Shown here one piece after another: positions 29,316-37,901 of a DNA stretch of 64,000 bases. The DNA comes from Bacillota bacterium. Lineage in GTDB: Bacteria > Bacillota > Clostridia > Christensenellales > CAMQZB01. The stretch covers positions 27,412 through 91,411 of the forward strand of contig JAWXUU010000007.1 in NCBI GenBank assembly GCA_044426085.1, in the 5' to 3' direction. Every line of letters starts with the position of its first letter. Within the stretch, counting starts at the first letter, position 1. The notes below the pieces were generated by a model. That model had not been told where the DNA came from, did not search any database, and was given only the letters and a program-made list of their open reading frames with translations. The translations under genes were made by a program, and so were the position numbers.

Positions 29316-29729
29316 TTATCTTTTTGATTTTGGTTTGCCCAAAATTTCGCTCATGATAACCGCTTTGCGCATGTCGCTTACAGAAATTGTTGAAGCTGAA
29401 ACAATCGGTTTTGAAACTTGCACGCTTTTGTTGCCGTATTCATTGCTACCTTCATCGTAAACTTTTCCAAGTGTGCCCGCATACTGCCGATTTTCTGTTC
29501 TTGAATTATTGCTGTTTGAAGGGCGCTTGTGCGAGTGCTGTTCCAATGCAGTTTTTTGCTGGCTTATTGGGACGTTTTTAACGCTTGAATTGCTTTTTTT
29601 GGCTGTGGTTTTGTTAGCAAACGGATCAGCCATGCCGTAGGGGGTGTTTGCCCCCTTTGACACGCTTGTTTTATTTGTTATTGTTCCTGCGCCAAGCAAT
29701 TCTGCGAATATCTCTGATAAGATACCCAT
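29316..29729 (-). CDS. Hypothetical low-complexity protein in the yqfB position downstream of floA
   Basis: 137 aa, S/N/K-rich and probably disordered. It sits 24 nt downstream of floA, like the small yqfB gene of the B. subtilis yqeZ-floA-yqfB operon. This is a synteny argument only. Confidence 0.5.
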   Translation of the reverse strand: MGILSEIFAELLGAGTITNKTSVSKGANTPYGMADPFANKTTAKKSNSSVKNVPISQQKTALEQHSHKRPSNSNNSRTENRQYAGTLGKVYDEGSNEYGNKSVQVSKPIVSASTISVSDMRKAVIMSEILGKPKSKR

Positions 29730-29753
29730 GTTGCTCTCCTTTATAATCTATGA

Positions 29754-30758
29754 TTATTCAGTTTTTGGAGCTTCTTCACCATTTGCGATTGCTGTTCTCA
29801 TTTCTGTATCTGAATTGATGTTTTTCATGTTGTAGTAGTCCATAACACCAAGATTTCCTGATTTGAGGGCTTCTGCCATTGCAAGTGGAACCATTGATTC
29901 CGCTTCGATAACTTTCGCACGCATTTCTTGTGATTTAGCTTTCATTTCTTGTTCGTTTGCAACCGCCATTGCTCTTCTTTCTTCCGCTTTGGCTTGCGCG
30001 ATTTTCTTATCGGCTTCCGCTTGATCCATTTGAAGTTGTGCACCAACGTTTCTGCCTACGTCGATATCCGCGATATCGATTGAAAGAATTTCGTATGCTG
30101 TGCCGGCATCTAAGCCTTTTGAAAGCACCATTTTTGAAATCATATCTGGGTTTTCCAAAACTTCTTTATGCGTTACTGCTGAACCAACTGTTGTTACAAT
30201 ACCTTCGCCGACACGGGCGATGATTGTATCTTCACCAGCACCACCGACAAGTCTTGCGATGTTGGCTCTCACTGTTACTCTCGCTTTTGCGCGAAGTTCA
30301 ATACCGTCTTTTGCAATTGCGGCAACAACAGGTGTTTCGATAACTTTTGGATTTACTGACATTTTAACCGCATTCAAAACGTCTCTACCGGCAAGGTCAA
30401 TCGCTTTTGCTGTTTGTGAATCAAGAGTGATATTAGCCGAGTGAGCTGAAATAAGCGCGTTGATAACATTCAAAACGTTACCGCCCGCCATGAAGTGAGT
30501 TTCAAGTTCGTCAACACTGATATCAAGCCCTGCTTTTTTAGCTGAGATATATGATTCAATGATGAGTTTCATATTGATTTTTCTAAGTTTCATACCAACC
30601 AATCTTGAAAGCTTGATGTGTGCACCTGAAATGAGTGCTCTGAACCAAGCTGAAATTGGCAATATTGAAAGAACCAAGATGACTAAGATTAGCAAAATAA
30701 ATGCGAACACTGCAACTGTAAATGCTCCAGCTGATGTTGCCAAGAATAAATTTGTCAT
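29754..30758 (-). CDS. floA: Flotillin-like protein FloA
   Basis: 334 aa with an N-terminal TM helix and an SPFH-like body typical of the FloA/YqfA family ([35 protein letters not shown]). Confidence 0.93.
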   Translation of the reverse strand: MTNLFLATSAGAFTVAVFAFILLILVILVLSILPISAWFRALISGAHIKLSRLVGMKLRKINMKLIIESYISAKKAGLDISVDELETHFMAGGNVLNVINALISAHSANITLDSQTAKAIDLAGRDVLNAVKMSVNPKVIETPVVAAIAKDGIELRAKARVTVRANIARLVGGAGEDTIIARVGEGIVTTVGSAVTHKEVLENPDMISKMVLSKGLDAGTAYEILSIDIADIDVGRNVGAQLQMDQAEADKKIAQAKAEERRAMAVANEQEMKAKSQEMRAKVIEAESMVPLAMAEALKSGNLGVMDYYNMKNINSDTEMRTAIANGEEAPKTE

Positions 30759-30807
30759 GATTTTCTCCTTTCTTTTGTTTTTGGATGTTTTTCAACTACC
30801 CTTATAG

Positions 30808-31335
30808 TTAGTCAGCTTTGCTGACATTAACTTTTCCGCCTTCAACAAATGTTATTTCAACCGTTTCACCTTTTGCGATAATGGCTGAACCACACGATAT
30901 AACTTCGATGATTTCGCCATCGAATTTTGCTTTGCCCACAGGGCGCAAGTCTGTTATTGTTTCACCAATTTTTCCAACGTATGTCGAAAAGTTTGGCGTT
31001 GCAGATGTTGCACCTGTTGGAACGGCTGTTTCCGTTGCAACTAGTGCTGTTTTTGAAAGTCTGCCTTTGCGTGCTGACCTTCCGATAATGAGAAACAACG
31101 CTGTGAAAAACACACTTGTCATAACCAATATCAAGATTGAAATAATCAAATTGCCACCCGCAACAATGTGAAGAATCACACCTGCAAGGCAAAAGAACCC
31201 GCCAAGACTTCCGAATATACCGAAGCCCGGCATACACATTTCGATAAGTCCAAAAATTATGCCCAAAACAATCGCACCGATTGCAATTGACATTAGCAGT
31301 TCTGACGTTACTTCCGAGATTACTAGGAATTCCAT
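30808..31335 (-). CDS. NfeD-family membrane protein (short form)
   Basis: N-terminal TM helices and a C-terminal OB-fold tail (GKIGETITDLRPVGKAKFDGEIIEV...GETVEI). Confidence 0.85.
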   Translation of the reverse strand: MEFLVISEVTSELLMSIAIGAIVLGIIFGLIEMCMPGFGIFGSLGGFFCLAGVILHIVAGGNLIISILILVMTSVFFTALFLIIGRSARKGRLSKTALVATETAVPTGATSATPNFSTYVGKIGETITDLRPVGKAKFDGEIIEVISCGSAIIAKGETVEITFVEGGKVNVSKAD

Positions 31336-31372
31336 AATTTCCTCCTTTTTCTTTTGTATACTGTGTTTTTGT

Positions 31373-33961
31373 TTATTTTATGTCTTCTTTTTTTGTTTCA
31401 AGTTCCACTTCGTGTTTTTCCATAAGGATTGTTGAAGCAAGACCTGTGACAACAAGTTTGAAGAATTTTAGCAAATAATTTGCACCGAGCATCATGATGA
31501 TCATGATAAGTGCTGGCACCAATGTTGGCATTGTCACACTGAAGAAGCTTGGTATTCCCGCAAGAACAGCAAAGCCCGCAAGTGACACGCAAACGAAAAG
31601 CACACCACGCATAACGTTGAATGGTTTGCAGATATCTGCAAGAACAGCATAACCCACAAACGTTGTTATCACAACGCACATAGAATCGATATCTGTTGTT
31701 GTTAGACCAAATATTCCTGATGTCCAGTTGAGAATCAAGATATAAAGCACGGTGACAAGTGCCCCAGGGATCGCCCGTTTCATGACGTTATATAAGAAGT
31801 TACCACTAATTTTTTCTTTTGACGGTTCAAGCGCCAAGAAGAACGATGGGACGCCCGTCACGAAGAATTCATAGATGAGCAATTTTGACGGAGTGAATGG
31901 GTATGGGATTGAAAGCAGTATCGTCAAGATTGAAAGCAATACTGACATTACCGTTTTCACAAGGAATAGAGATGCTGACCTTTGAATGTTGTTTATTACC
32001 CTTCTGCCTTCTGAAACAACCACTGGCATTGAAGAGAAGTTTGAATCCATCAAAACCAAATGGGCTACGTTTCTGACAGCTTCACTGCCCGATGCCATCG
32101 CAATTGAGCAATCTGCTTCTTTCATTGCCAAGATATCGTTCACGCCGTCGCCCGTCATGGCGACTGTGTGTCCGTTTTTCTTTAGCGTTTTTATGAGTAG
32201 CAATTTTTGTTCTGGCGAAACTCTGCCAAAAACTGTGTATTCATCGCACAGCGTGATGATTTCTTTGTTTGAAAGTCCGTCAAGGCTGATGTGTTTTTCT
32301 GTGCCTTCAACGCCTGCTCTTCTTGCAACTTCCGCAACTGTGATTGGGTTGTCGCCTGATATTATCTTAACTTTAACACCTTGTTCTTTAAAATATCTTA
32401 AAATTTGAGGTGCGTCTTCACGAACTCTGTCTTGAATCACAACAAGTGAAACTGGTGTGACTTCTGTTGGGATTGTGCCCGCATATTTTTCCGATGTTTT
32501 AGCAAGCAACAAAACGCGATAGCCTTGAACTGAATAGTTGTAAACTTTTGCATCAAGTGCTTCGTTTGGCGTTCTCAACACAAATTCTGGCGCGCCGATG
32601 AAATATGTTTCGTCGTTATCAAAAGTTACTGCGGAAAATTTTCTATCGGAAGAGAATGGATAGATTTTCTTTGTGAAGAAAACTTCTTTTTTTGTGTAGT
32701 AATTTTTGAGTGCAACCGCCGTTTGGTTGTTATCGTTTAGCGAATACATCATTGAAGATATAATTTCGCTTGGTTTTCTTTCTGAAGTGGTCAAATCTTC
32801 ATGCATACAGACTGACATTGTGCCATCTGTTATTGTGCCTGTTTTGTCAAGGCAAAGCATGTCCACACGGGCGAGCATTTCTATTGCGTAGGATTCTTGA
32901 ACAAGCGCGTTGTTTGATGCGATTTTCATTGAACCTAGTGCGAGAGAAATTGATGTGAGAAGGAATAGCCCCGCCGGAATCATGCCGACAAGTGAGCCCG
33001 TTGTTTTTGTTACTGCGTCATACATATTTCCGCCAGTTGAGGAATAGTTGCTGTAAAACATCATTGCGCCAAGCGGAATGATTGCCGCACTGACTGTTCT
33101 TATGATGATGTTTAGCGACGCGAGAAGTTCTGATTTTGGTTTTTTATATTTTTTGGCAACGAGTGAAAGTTTTGAAATATAATTTTCTTCGCCAACACAA
33201 TACACTTTTGCAAGAGCTGTGCCTGAAACGACATAACTGCCCGCAAAAATTCTATCGCCAACTTTTTTGATGACGGGAACAGATTCCCCCGTGAGCAAAG
33301 CTTCGTTAACTTCGATTTCCCCTTGAACCACCATGGAATCTGACGATATTTGTTTGCCTGATGACAATTTCATGATATCGGACACAACGAGTTCATTGAT
33401 AGCGATATTCATTTCTTTTTTGCCACGTATAACGCGCACGACTGGCGCTGTCATGAGCTTCAATTTATCCAGCTTTTTTTTGGCACGGATTTCTTGCACT
33501 GTTCCTATGACAAGGTTTATTATGATGATTGCAAGAAATGTCAAATCGGAAAATGATTCAACATAAATAAGCGCAACCGCCATGACGGCACAAAGCAAGT
33601 TGAAAAATGTTAGAACGTTGTCGCGTAAAATATCAAAATACGAACGCGAGTTGATTTTGAGTTCCTTATTGACATGCCCGTCTTGAATTCTTTGTTTTAC
33701 TTGTTCTTCCGTTAGACCTTCTGAAAGGTCGGGAAAATATTCTTCTATATCGAGATTAGATGCAGAAAATTCGATGGCATTTTTTTCCAACGTTTTTTCA
33801 CGCATTTCCTCGCTTGAAGAAATTTGCTTCACTTCGCCATATTGGGCAAAGAGTGTTTCATCGATTTCTTCTTCAACTTTGCGTTCAAAAAGTGACAAAA
33901 GCTTGAATTTTTTTTTGTCGTCACCGTTAAGTTTTGGAGTTTTGTCCTTGTTTATAGGCAT
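31373..33961 (-). CDS. P-type (E1-E2) cation-translocating ATPase, specificity unclear
   Basis: DKTGTITDG phosphorylation site, TGDGVNDILAMKEAD hinge, TGES actuator motif. TM4 reads IPAGLFLL rather than PEGL. Confidence 0.93.
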   Translation of the reverse strand: MPINKDKTPKLNGDDKKKFKLLSLFERKVEEEIDETLFAQYGEVKQISSSEEMREKTLEKNAIEFSASNLDIEEYFPDLSEGLTEEQVKQRIQDGHVNKELKINSRSYFDILRDNVLTFFNLLCAVMAVALIYVESFSDLTFLAIIIINLVIGTVQEIRAKKKLDKLKLMTAPVVRVIRGKKEMNIAINELVVSDIMKLSSGKQISSDSMVVQGEIEVNEALLTGESVPVIKKVGDRIFAGSYVVSGTALAKVYCVGEENYISKLSLVAKKYKKPKSELLASLNIIIRTVSAAIIPLGAMMFYSNYSSTGGNMYDAVTKTTGSLVGMIPAGLFLLTSISLALGSMKIASNNALVQESYAIEMLARVDMLCLDKTGTITDGTMSVCMHEDLTTSERKPSEIISSMMYSLNDNNQTAVALKNYYTKKEVFFTKKIYPFSSDRKFSAVTFDNDETYFIGAPEFVLRTPNEALDAKVYNYSVQGYRVLLLAKTSEKYAGTIPTEVTPVSLVVIQDRVREDAPQILRYFKEQGVKVKIISGDNPITVAEVARRAGVEGTEKHISLDGLSNKEIITLCDEYTVFGRVSPEQKLLLIKTLKKNGHTVAMTGDGVNDILAMKEADCSIAMASGSEAVRNVAHLVLMDSNFSSMPVVVSEGRRVINNIQRSASLFLVKTVMSVLLSILTILLSIPYPFTPSKLLIYEFFVTGVPSFFLALEPSKEKISGNFLYNVMKRAIPGALVTVLYILILNWTSGIFGLTTTDIDSMCVVITTFVGYAVLADICKPFNVMRGVLFVCVSLAGFAVLAGIPSFFSVTMPTLVPALIMIIMMLGANYLLKFFKLVVTGLASTILMEKHEVELETKKEDIK

Positions 33962-33962
33962 A

Positions 33963-35840
33963 TCACACCTCTATATATTGATAGATATCTTCATCAACTT
34001 CTTGAAGTTTTCCGTCGCCCGCGATTTTTTCTAGGGCGAATTTTGCATCTTTATATCCGATAAGCAACATGCCTTGAACTTCGCTGACGTCAATTTGTCC
34101 GCCAATCTTTGCAATGCTTAGTATCATTTCTTCAGTTATTTCATCAAGCACAAATACTGCCATATCATCTTCCTCGTAGTTATCATTATTTATTTGGTCA
34201 TCTTGAAAAATTGGTTCTTCACTTCCGAGTTCAGCTTCTGAAACTTTTTCTTCTGTTTCCTCTGTTTCTTCTGGTTCTTCTGTTTCTTCTGCTGATTCTT
34301 CAAAAGTTGATTCACTTTCCAAAGATTCGTTGTTTTCTTGGTTTATAGCGTCGCTTTCAAATTCTTCTTGTGGTTGATAATCACCGTTGATTTCTTCGAT
34401 TATTTCTCCGTTGATTTCACCGTTTACTTCTTCGATTATTTCTTCTTGTTGTTCGATTTCGGGTTGGCAAGCTGAATTTTCGCAAAGCTCGTTTATTCTG
34501 TTTTTAAGTTGTTGGTTTTCCACTTCTAGATTATAGATATTTTGATCAAAATCAGCGGTTAGTTCTCTTCTTGATTTGATTGTTTCTTGAAGTTCTTGGT
34601 TGATTTTGGATTTTTCATCTTCCAGAGATGTTGTTGTTTCTTGCAAATTTGAAATTTCTGCATTTTTTGCTTCTATTTCGCCATTTGCCGTTTGAAGTTT
34701 TTCTTGCGCTTTTTCACATTGTGAATAAAGGACATTCACTTCCCCTGTTAGCGCTTCTTTTTCGTTTGTTACCGCCACAAGCTGTTTCAAAATTTCGCTG
34801 TTTTCATTTTGCAAAATATCAAATTGAACTTTTAATGATTCAAACTTCACCAGTGCGGATTTTTCTTCTTCAAGTTCTTGCATTGTCATTATTTTGACGC
34901 TGTCTTCTTTTGGTTTATCTGTGCTTTCTTTTGCTGTGTCAACAGCAGTGACGTCGTTGATAAGGTCATCTTTCAAACCTAGAACGCTGTCGTAGGTTTT
35001 TCTTAGTTCTGTTATCATTTTATCCATGCTGACACTTTCTGTTTTATCGATTTTGATGATAAAATCAGCGCCGTCGGCGATTGGGAAATACACAGATTTT
35101 TCAAGGTATGCACGAGATTTATCGAACATATCTTTATAGGTGTTTTCGTTTTGTTTAAGAGAAAAGCCTTGAATGAGAATTTGATAAAAGTTATTAAATT
35201 CGCCATTTTTTTCGCCAAACTCGTGTGAATCGCTGATGTAGTTTAGGCATAGCGATTTTTCCAAAAAGAAAATATTTCTTTGCACCGATGCGTATGTTTT
35301 TGTTAGTGCGATATCGCAAAATTGGATTGCTTTATCAAACTTTTTCAATCTTCTTAGCGCGTCGATAAGGTATTGATATATTTTTATATCAAAATGTTTT
35401 TTGAAATATTCTGTTGAAATATGCAAAAGCAAAAGTCGCACTTCTTGTTCTTTGAAAATCAGTGCTCTTTCGCTTTCGCCTTTATCTTCCAACATTTTTG
35501 ATGTGAAACTGTGGACTTTGGCGGAAATATAGTAGCTGTTTTGACATTCGTATATATACGCAACAGCCATCATGTTTGATATTGACTTATCCAAATCTTC
35601 AGAACTTATTATATACTGATATTCTTCCGATTGCAAAAGCTTATTTGCCGTTAGGACATTGTTTGAAATATCAAAATTGCAATAGCCACAAACTGGGCAG
35701 CATTGAACCATTTTTTCAAATGAATCTTCACCTGCAAACTTAGGCAATCCACCCAAATCCGCATCTTGCAACTTTGAAAAATCCAGCGGATTTTCAAATT
35801 CTGTTATCTCTCCGCAAACACCGCACTTTATTTCCATCAT
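33963..35840 (-). CDS. Large hypothetical protein: zinc-ribbon/helical N-terminus (DUF2225-like), coiled coil, acidic tract, FtsK-gamma-like C-terminus
   Basis: CGVCGE...CCPVCGYC double CxxC with a DADLGG spacer. Heptad-rich region about aa 320-470. E/T/P-rich acidic tract. C-terminal ...VSEVQGMLLIGYKDAKFALEKIAGDGKL. The stop TGA lies 1 nt before the ATPase ATG. Confidence 0.6.
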   Translation of the reverse strand: MMEIKCGVCGEITEFENPLDFSKLQDADLGGLPKFAGEDSFEKMVQCCPVCGYCNFDISNNVLTANKLLQSEEYQYIISSEDLDKSISNMMAVAYIYECQNSYYISAKVHSFTSKMLEDKGESERALIFKEQEVRLLLLHISTEYFKKHFDIKIYQYLIDALRRLKKFDKAIQFCDIALTKTYASVQRNIFFLEKSLCLNYISDSHEFGEKNGEFNNFYQILIQGFSLKQNENTYKDMFDKSRAYLEKSVYFPIADGADFIIKIDKTESVSMDKMITELRKTYDSVLGLKDDLINDVTAVDTAKESTDKPKEDSVKIMTMQELEEEKSALVKFESLKVQFDILQNENSEILKQLVAVTNEKEALTGEVNVLYSQCEKAQEKLQTANGEIEAKNAEISNLQETTTSLEDEKSKINQELQETIKSRRELTADFDQNIYNLEVENQQLKNRINELCENSACQPEIEQQEEIIEEVNGEINGEIIEEINGDYQPQEEFESDAINQENNESLESESTFEESAEETEEPEETEETEEKVSEAELGSEEPIFQDDQINNDNYEEDDMAVFVLDEITEEMILSIAKIGGQIDVSEVQGMLLIGYKDAKFALEKIAGDGKLQEVDEDIYQYIEV

Positions 35841-35855
35841 AACCCTTACTTCCTA

Positions 35856-36197
35856 TTAGTTTTCTTCTGATGCACTTTCAAGCATTTCATCTTCTTCGCA
35901 AAGTTTTACGTATTCATCGTATACTGCGTTGAGAGTTTCGTCATCTTCAACTGGCAAGAATACATCTTCGTCTTCTTCGTTTGTTTCAAGTTCGAAAATA
36001 ACAAGTTCATCTTCGCTCATATCTTCTGATTCTTCTGCTGGTTGGAAAACAACATACCATTTTTTGTTGTATTCAATTGTTGCAAGCATATAGAATTTAG
36101 CAAGTTCGCCATCTTCTGCTTCTAGTTCCCAAACATCGTCTTCAGTGAATTCTTCCACCATTTCATCAATCTTTTTTTCGTAATCTGACATTTTCAT
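35856..36197 (-). CDS. DUF1292 family acidic protein (YrzB-like)
   Basis: 113 aa and highly acidic, with core FYMLATIEYNKKWYVVFQP...VIFELE. Sits downstream of ruvX as in Bacillus. Confidence 0.85.
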   Translation of the reverse strand: MKMSDYEKKIDEMVEEFTEDDVWELEAEDGELAKFYMLATIEYNKKWYVVFQPAEESEDMSEDELVIFELETNEEDEDVFLPVEDDETLNAVYDEYVKLCEEDEMLESASEEN

Positions 36198-36234
36198 GTC
36201 CTCCTTTTTGTGTTCTTTTTATAAATTTTATTGT

Positions 36235-36651
36235 CTAAATCATTTTGAGATATGAATCCAAAATGATTGAGGCTGCTATTTTATCAATTGTCATCTTTCT
36301 TTTTGCGCGTGACATGTCGCTTTCAAGCAAAATCTTTTCTGCTGCAACAGATGTTAATCTTTCATCCACAAACACGAGTTTAATTTCTTCACCGAGATAC
36401 GTTGCAAGCTTTTCTTTGAATGCCCTCACCTTTTCTGTTTGAAGTGAATCTGTTCCGTCCATATTAAGCGGAAGTCCCAACACAACTGTGTCGGCATCTT
36501 GCTTTTTCACAACTTCTTTTATGTATTCAAAGTCTCTATCGTCTTTTTTGCATGTGTATGTTTCGTATGGCGATGCAATGATTCTTAGCATGTCGCTTGA
36601 AGCAATGCCAATTCGCACGTCGCCGACGTCTAGGGCTATTATTCTTTTCAT
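36235..36651 (-). CDS. ruvX: Putative pre-16S rRNA nuclease / Holliday-junction resolvase-like YqgF
   Basis: IIALDVGDVRIGIA...VLGLPLNMDGT...DERLTS. Confidence 0.93.
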   Translation of the reverse strand: MKRIIALDVGDVRIGIASSDMLRIIASPYETYTCKKDDRDFEYIKEVVKKQDADTVVLGLPLNMDGTDSLQTEKVRAFKEKLATYLGEEIKLVFVDERLTSVAAEKILLESDMSRAKRKMTIDKIAASIILDSYLKMI

Positions 36652-36771
36652 ATTTTTTCCTTTCGTTTTTATTTGGTTGGGTTTTGTTTTATTTTTATTG
36701 GGTTTTGATTATTCTTTATTATAATACTTTTATTTCAAGCTATTATTAACAAAGTTTGTATTTTGATACAA

Positions 36772-37698
36772 TCAAAAGATTTTTATGCACATGCTTTCGC
36801 AATATGCCCCGCAATAGCCACATAGGACGCATGCGTTTTTATCCACTTGCACTTTGCCATTTTTGATTGATAGCGCATTTTGTGGGCAGTGCGAAACGCA
36901 GTTGCCACAGAGCTCGCACCAGTCGTGCACTGTTATTTGTTTGCTTGCAATTTTTGGCAAAACTTCCGAATGGGATTTTTCAATCATGTCGCAGTTATAA
37001 TCCACTTCGCACGGCAAAGACATTCCAATAACTGCGGGAAAATCCTTTTTTGATAGGTATTCAAGTGCTTCTTTTCTTTCTGAAAGCAAGTGTCCGCCGC
37101 CAAAGATTTTCATTGCATAAACGCCAACACCGCTGTTTGTTGCGTTTTCAATTGCGATTTCCATTTCTTCTTTTGTTCCGTCGAAAAGCCCAAACCCACG
37201 ATGATTTATCAGTGGGTGCAAGATTTCTATTTCGGGAAAACGCCATAGGTCTTTCACCAGTTCAACCTTGTGGGTTGATATGCCAACGTGTCTGATTTTG
37301 CCTTCCTGTTTCATCTTTTGGTATTCCAAAAATGCTTCTGCATGACCTTTCATGGTGTGGCGCGATTCTTGTTCGTGCATCAAAAAACCATCGATATAGT
37401 CGCGATTTATGGCTTGCAATGCTTCTTCCACGGCTTCTCTTGCGGATTTTTTATCCCACGCATAAGACTTTGAAATTACAACAGTATCCCTTTTGATTTT
37501 CAGCATTTCTCTTGCTACGTTATATGAAGAATAAAGCTGGGCTGTGTCGCAAAAGTTTATTCCGCGATCAACGCATCTTTCGCAGACCTTTGCGATTTCC
37601 GCATTTGAGCTACCCTTTTGAAGACCACCCATTGTGAGAGTTCCGAGCCCAATTTTTGATAGTTTTATTCCTGTGTTTCCAAAATCAATATACTGCAT
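36772..37698 (-). CDS. Aldo/keto reductase with C-terminal 4Fe-4S ferredoxin domain
   Basis: AKR N-terminus (GLGTLTMGG..., INFCDTAQLY) plus CELCGNCVSHCP and CVLCGYCGAYC. Confidence 0.88.
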   Translation of the reverse strand: MQYIDFGNTGIKLSKIGLGTLTMGGLQKGSSNAEIAKVCERCVDRGINFCDTAQLYSSYNVAREMLKIKRDTVVISKSYAWDKKSAREAVEEALQAINRDYIDGFLMHEQESRHTMKGHAEAFLEYQKMKQEGKIRHVGISTHKVELVKDLWRFPEIEILHPLINHRGFGLFDGTKEEMEIAIENATNSGVGVYAMKIFGGGHLLSERKEALEYLSKKDFPAVIGMSLPCEVDYNCDMIEKSHSEVLPKIASKQITVHDWCELCGNCVSHCPQNALSIKNGKVQVDKNACVLCGYCGAYCESMCIKIF

Positions 37699-37840
37699 AG
37701 TTCACCTTTTTACATTATATCTTATTTTTAGAAAAATTGCAAGGTTATTTCAAAAATAGATTTTTTACACCCCTTGAAAACGCAAAAAAAATGACATAAA
37801 TTGACAAATATAATATATTGTATAATTTGCAAGTATAAAA

Positions 37841-37869
37841 TTGACATCGACACTTTATTTTGGTATAAT
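37841..37869 (+). promoter_or_regulatory. Sigma-A promoter for the NHL/SH3b protein gene
   Basis: TTGACA, 17-nt spacer, TATAAT. Confidence 0.6.
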
Positions 37870-37901
37870 AAAAAGAAAATAATGTGGGAAGAATTGTCGT
37901 T

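Noticed and set aside
29262-29318. 13-nt direct repeat TTATCTTTTTGAT, with one copy at the end of the yqfB-like gene and one 44 nt downstream.
   Set aside because: It is short and AT-rich, so chance recurrence is plausible in this composition. No further structure supports a function.
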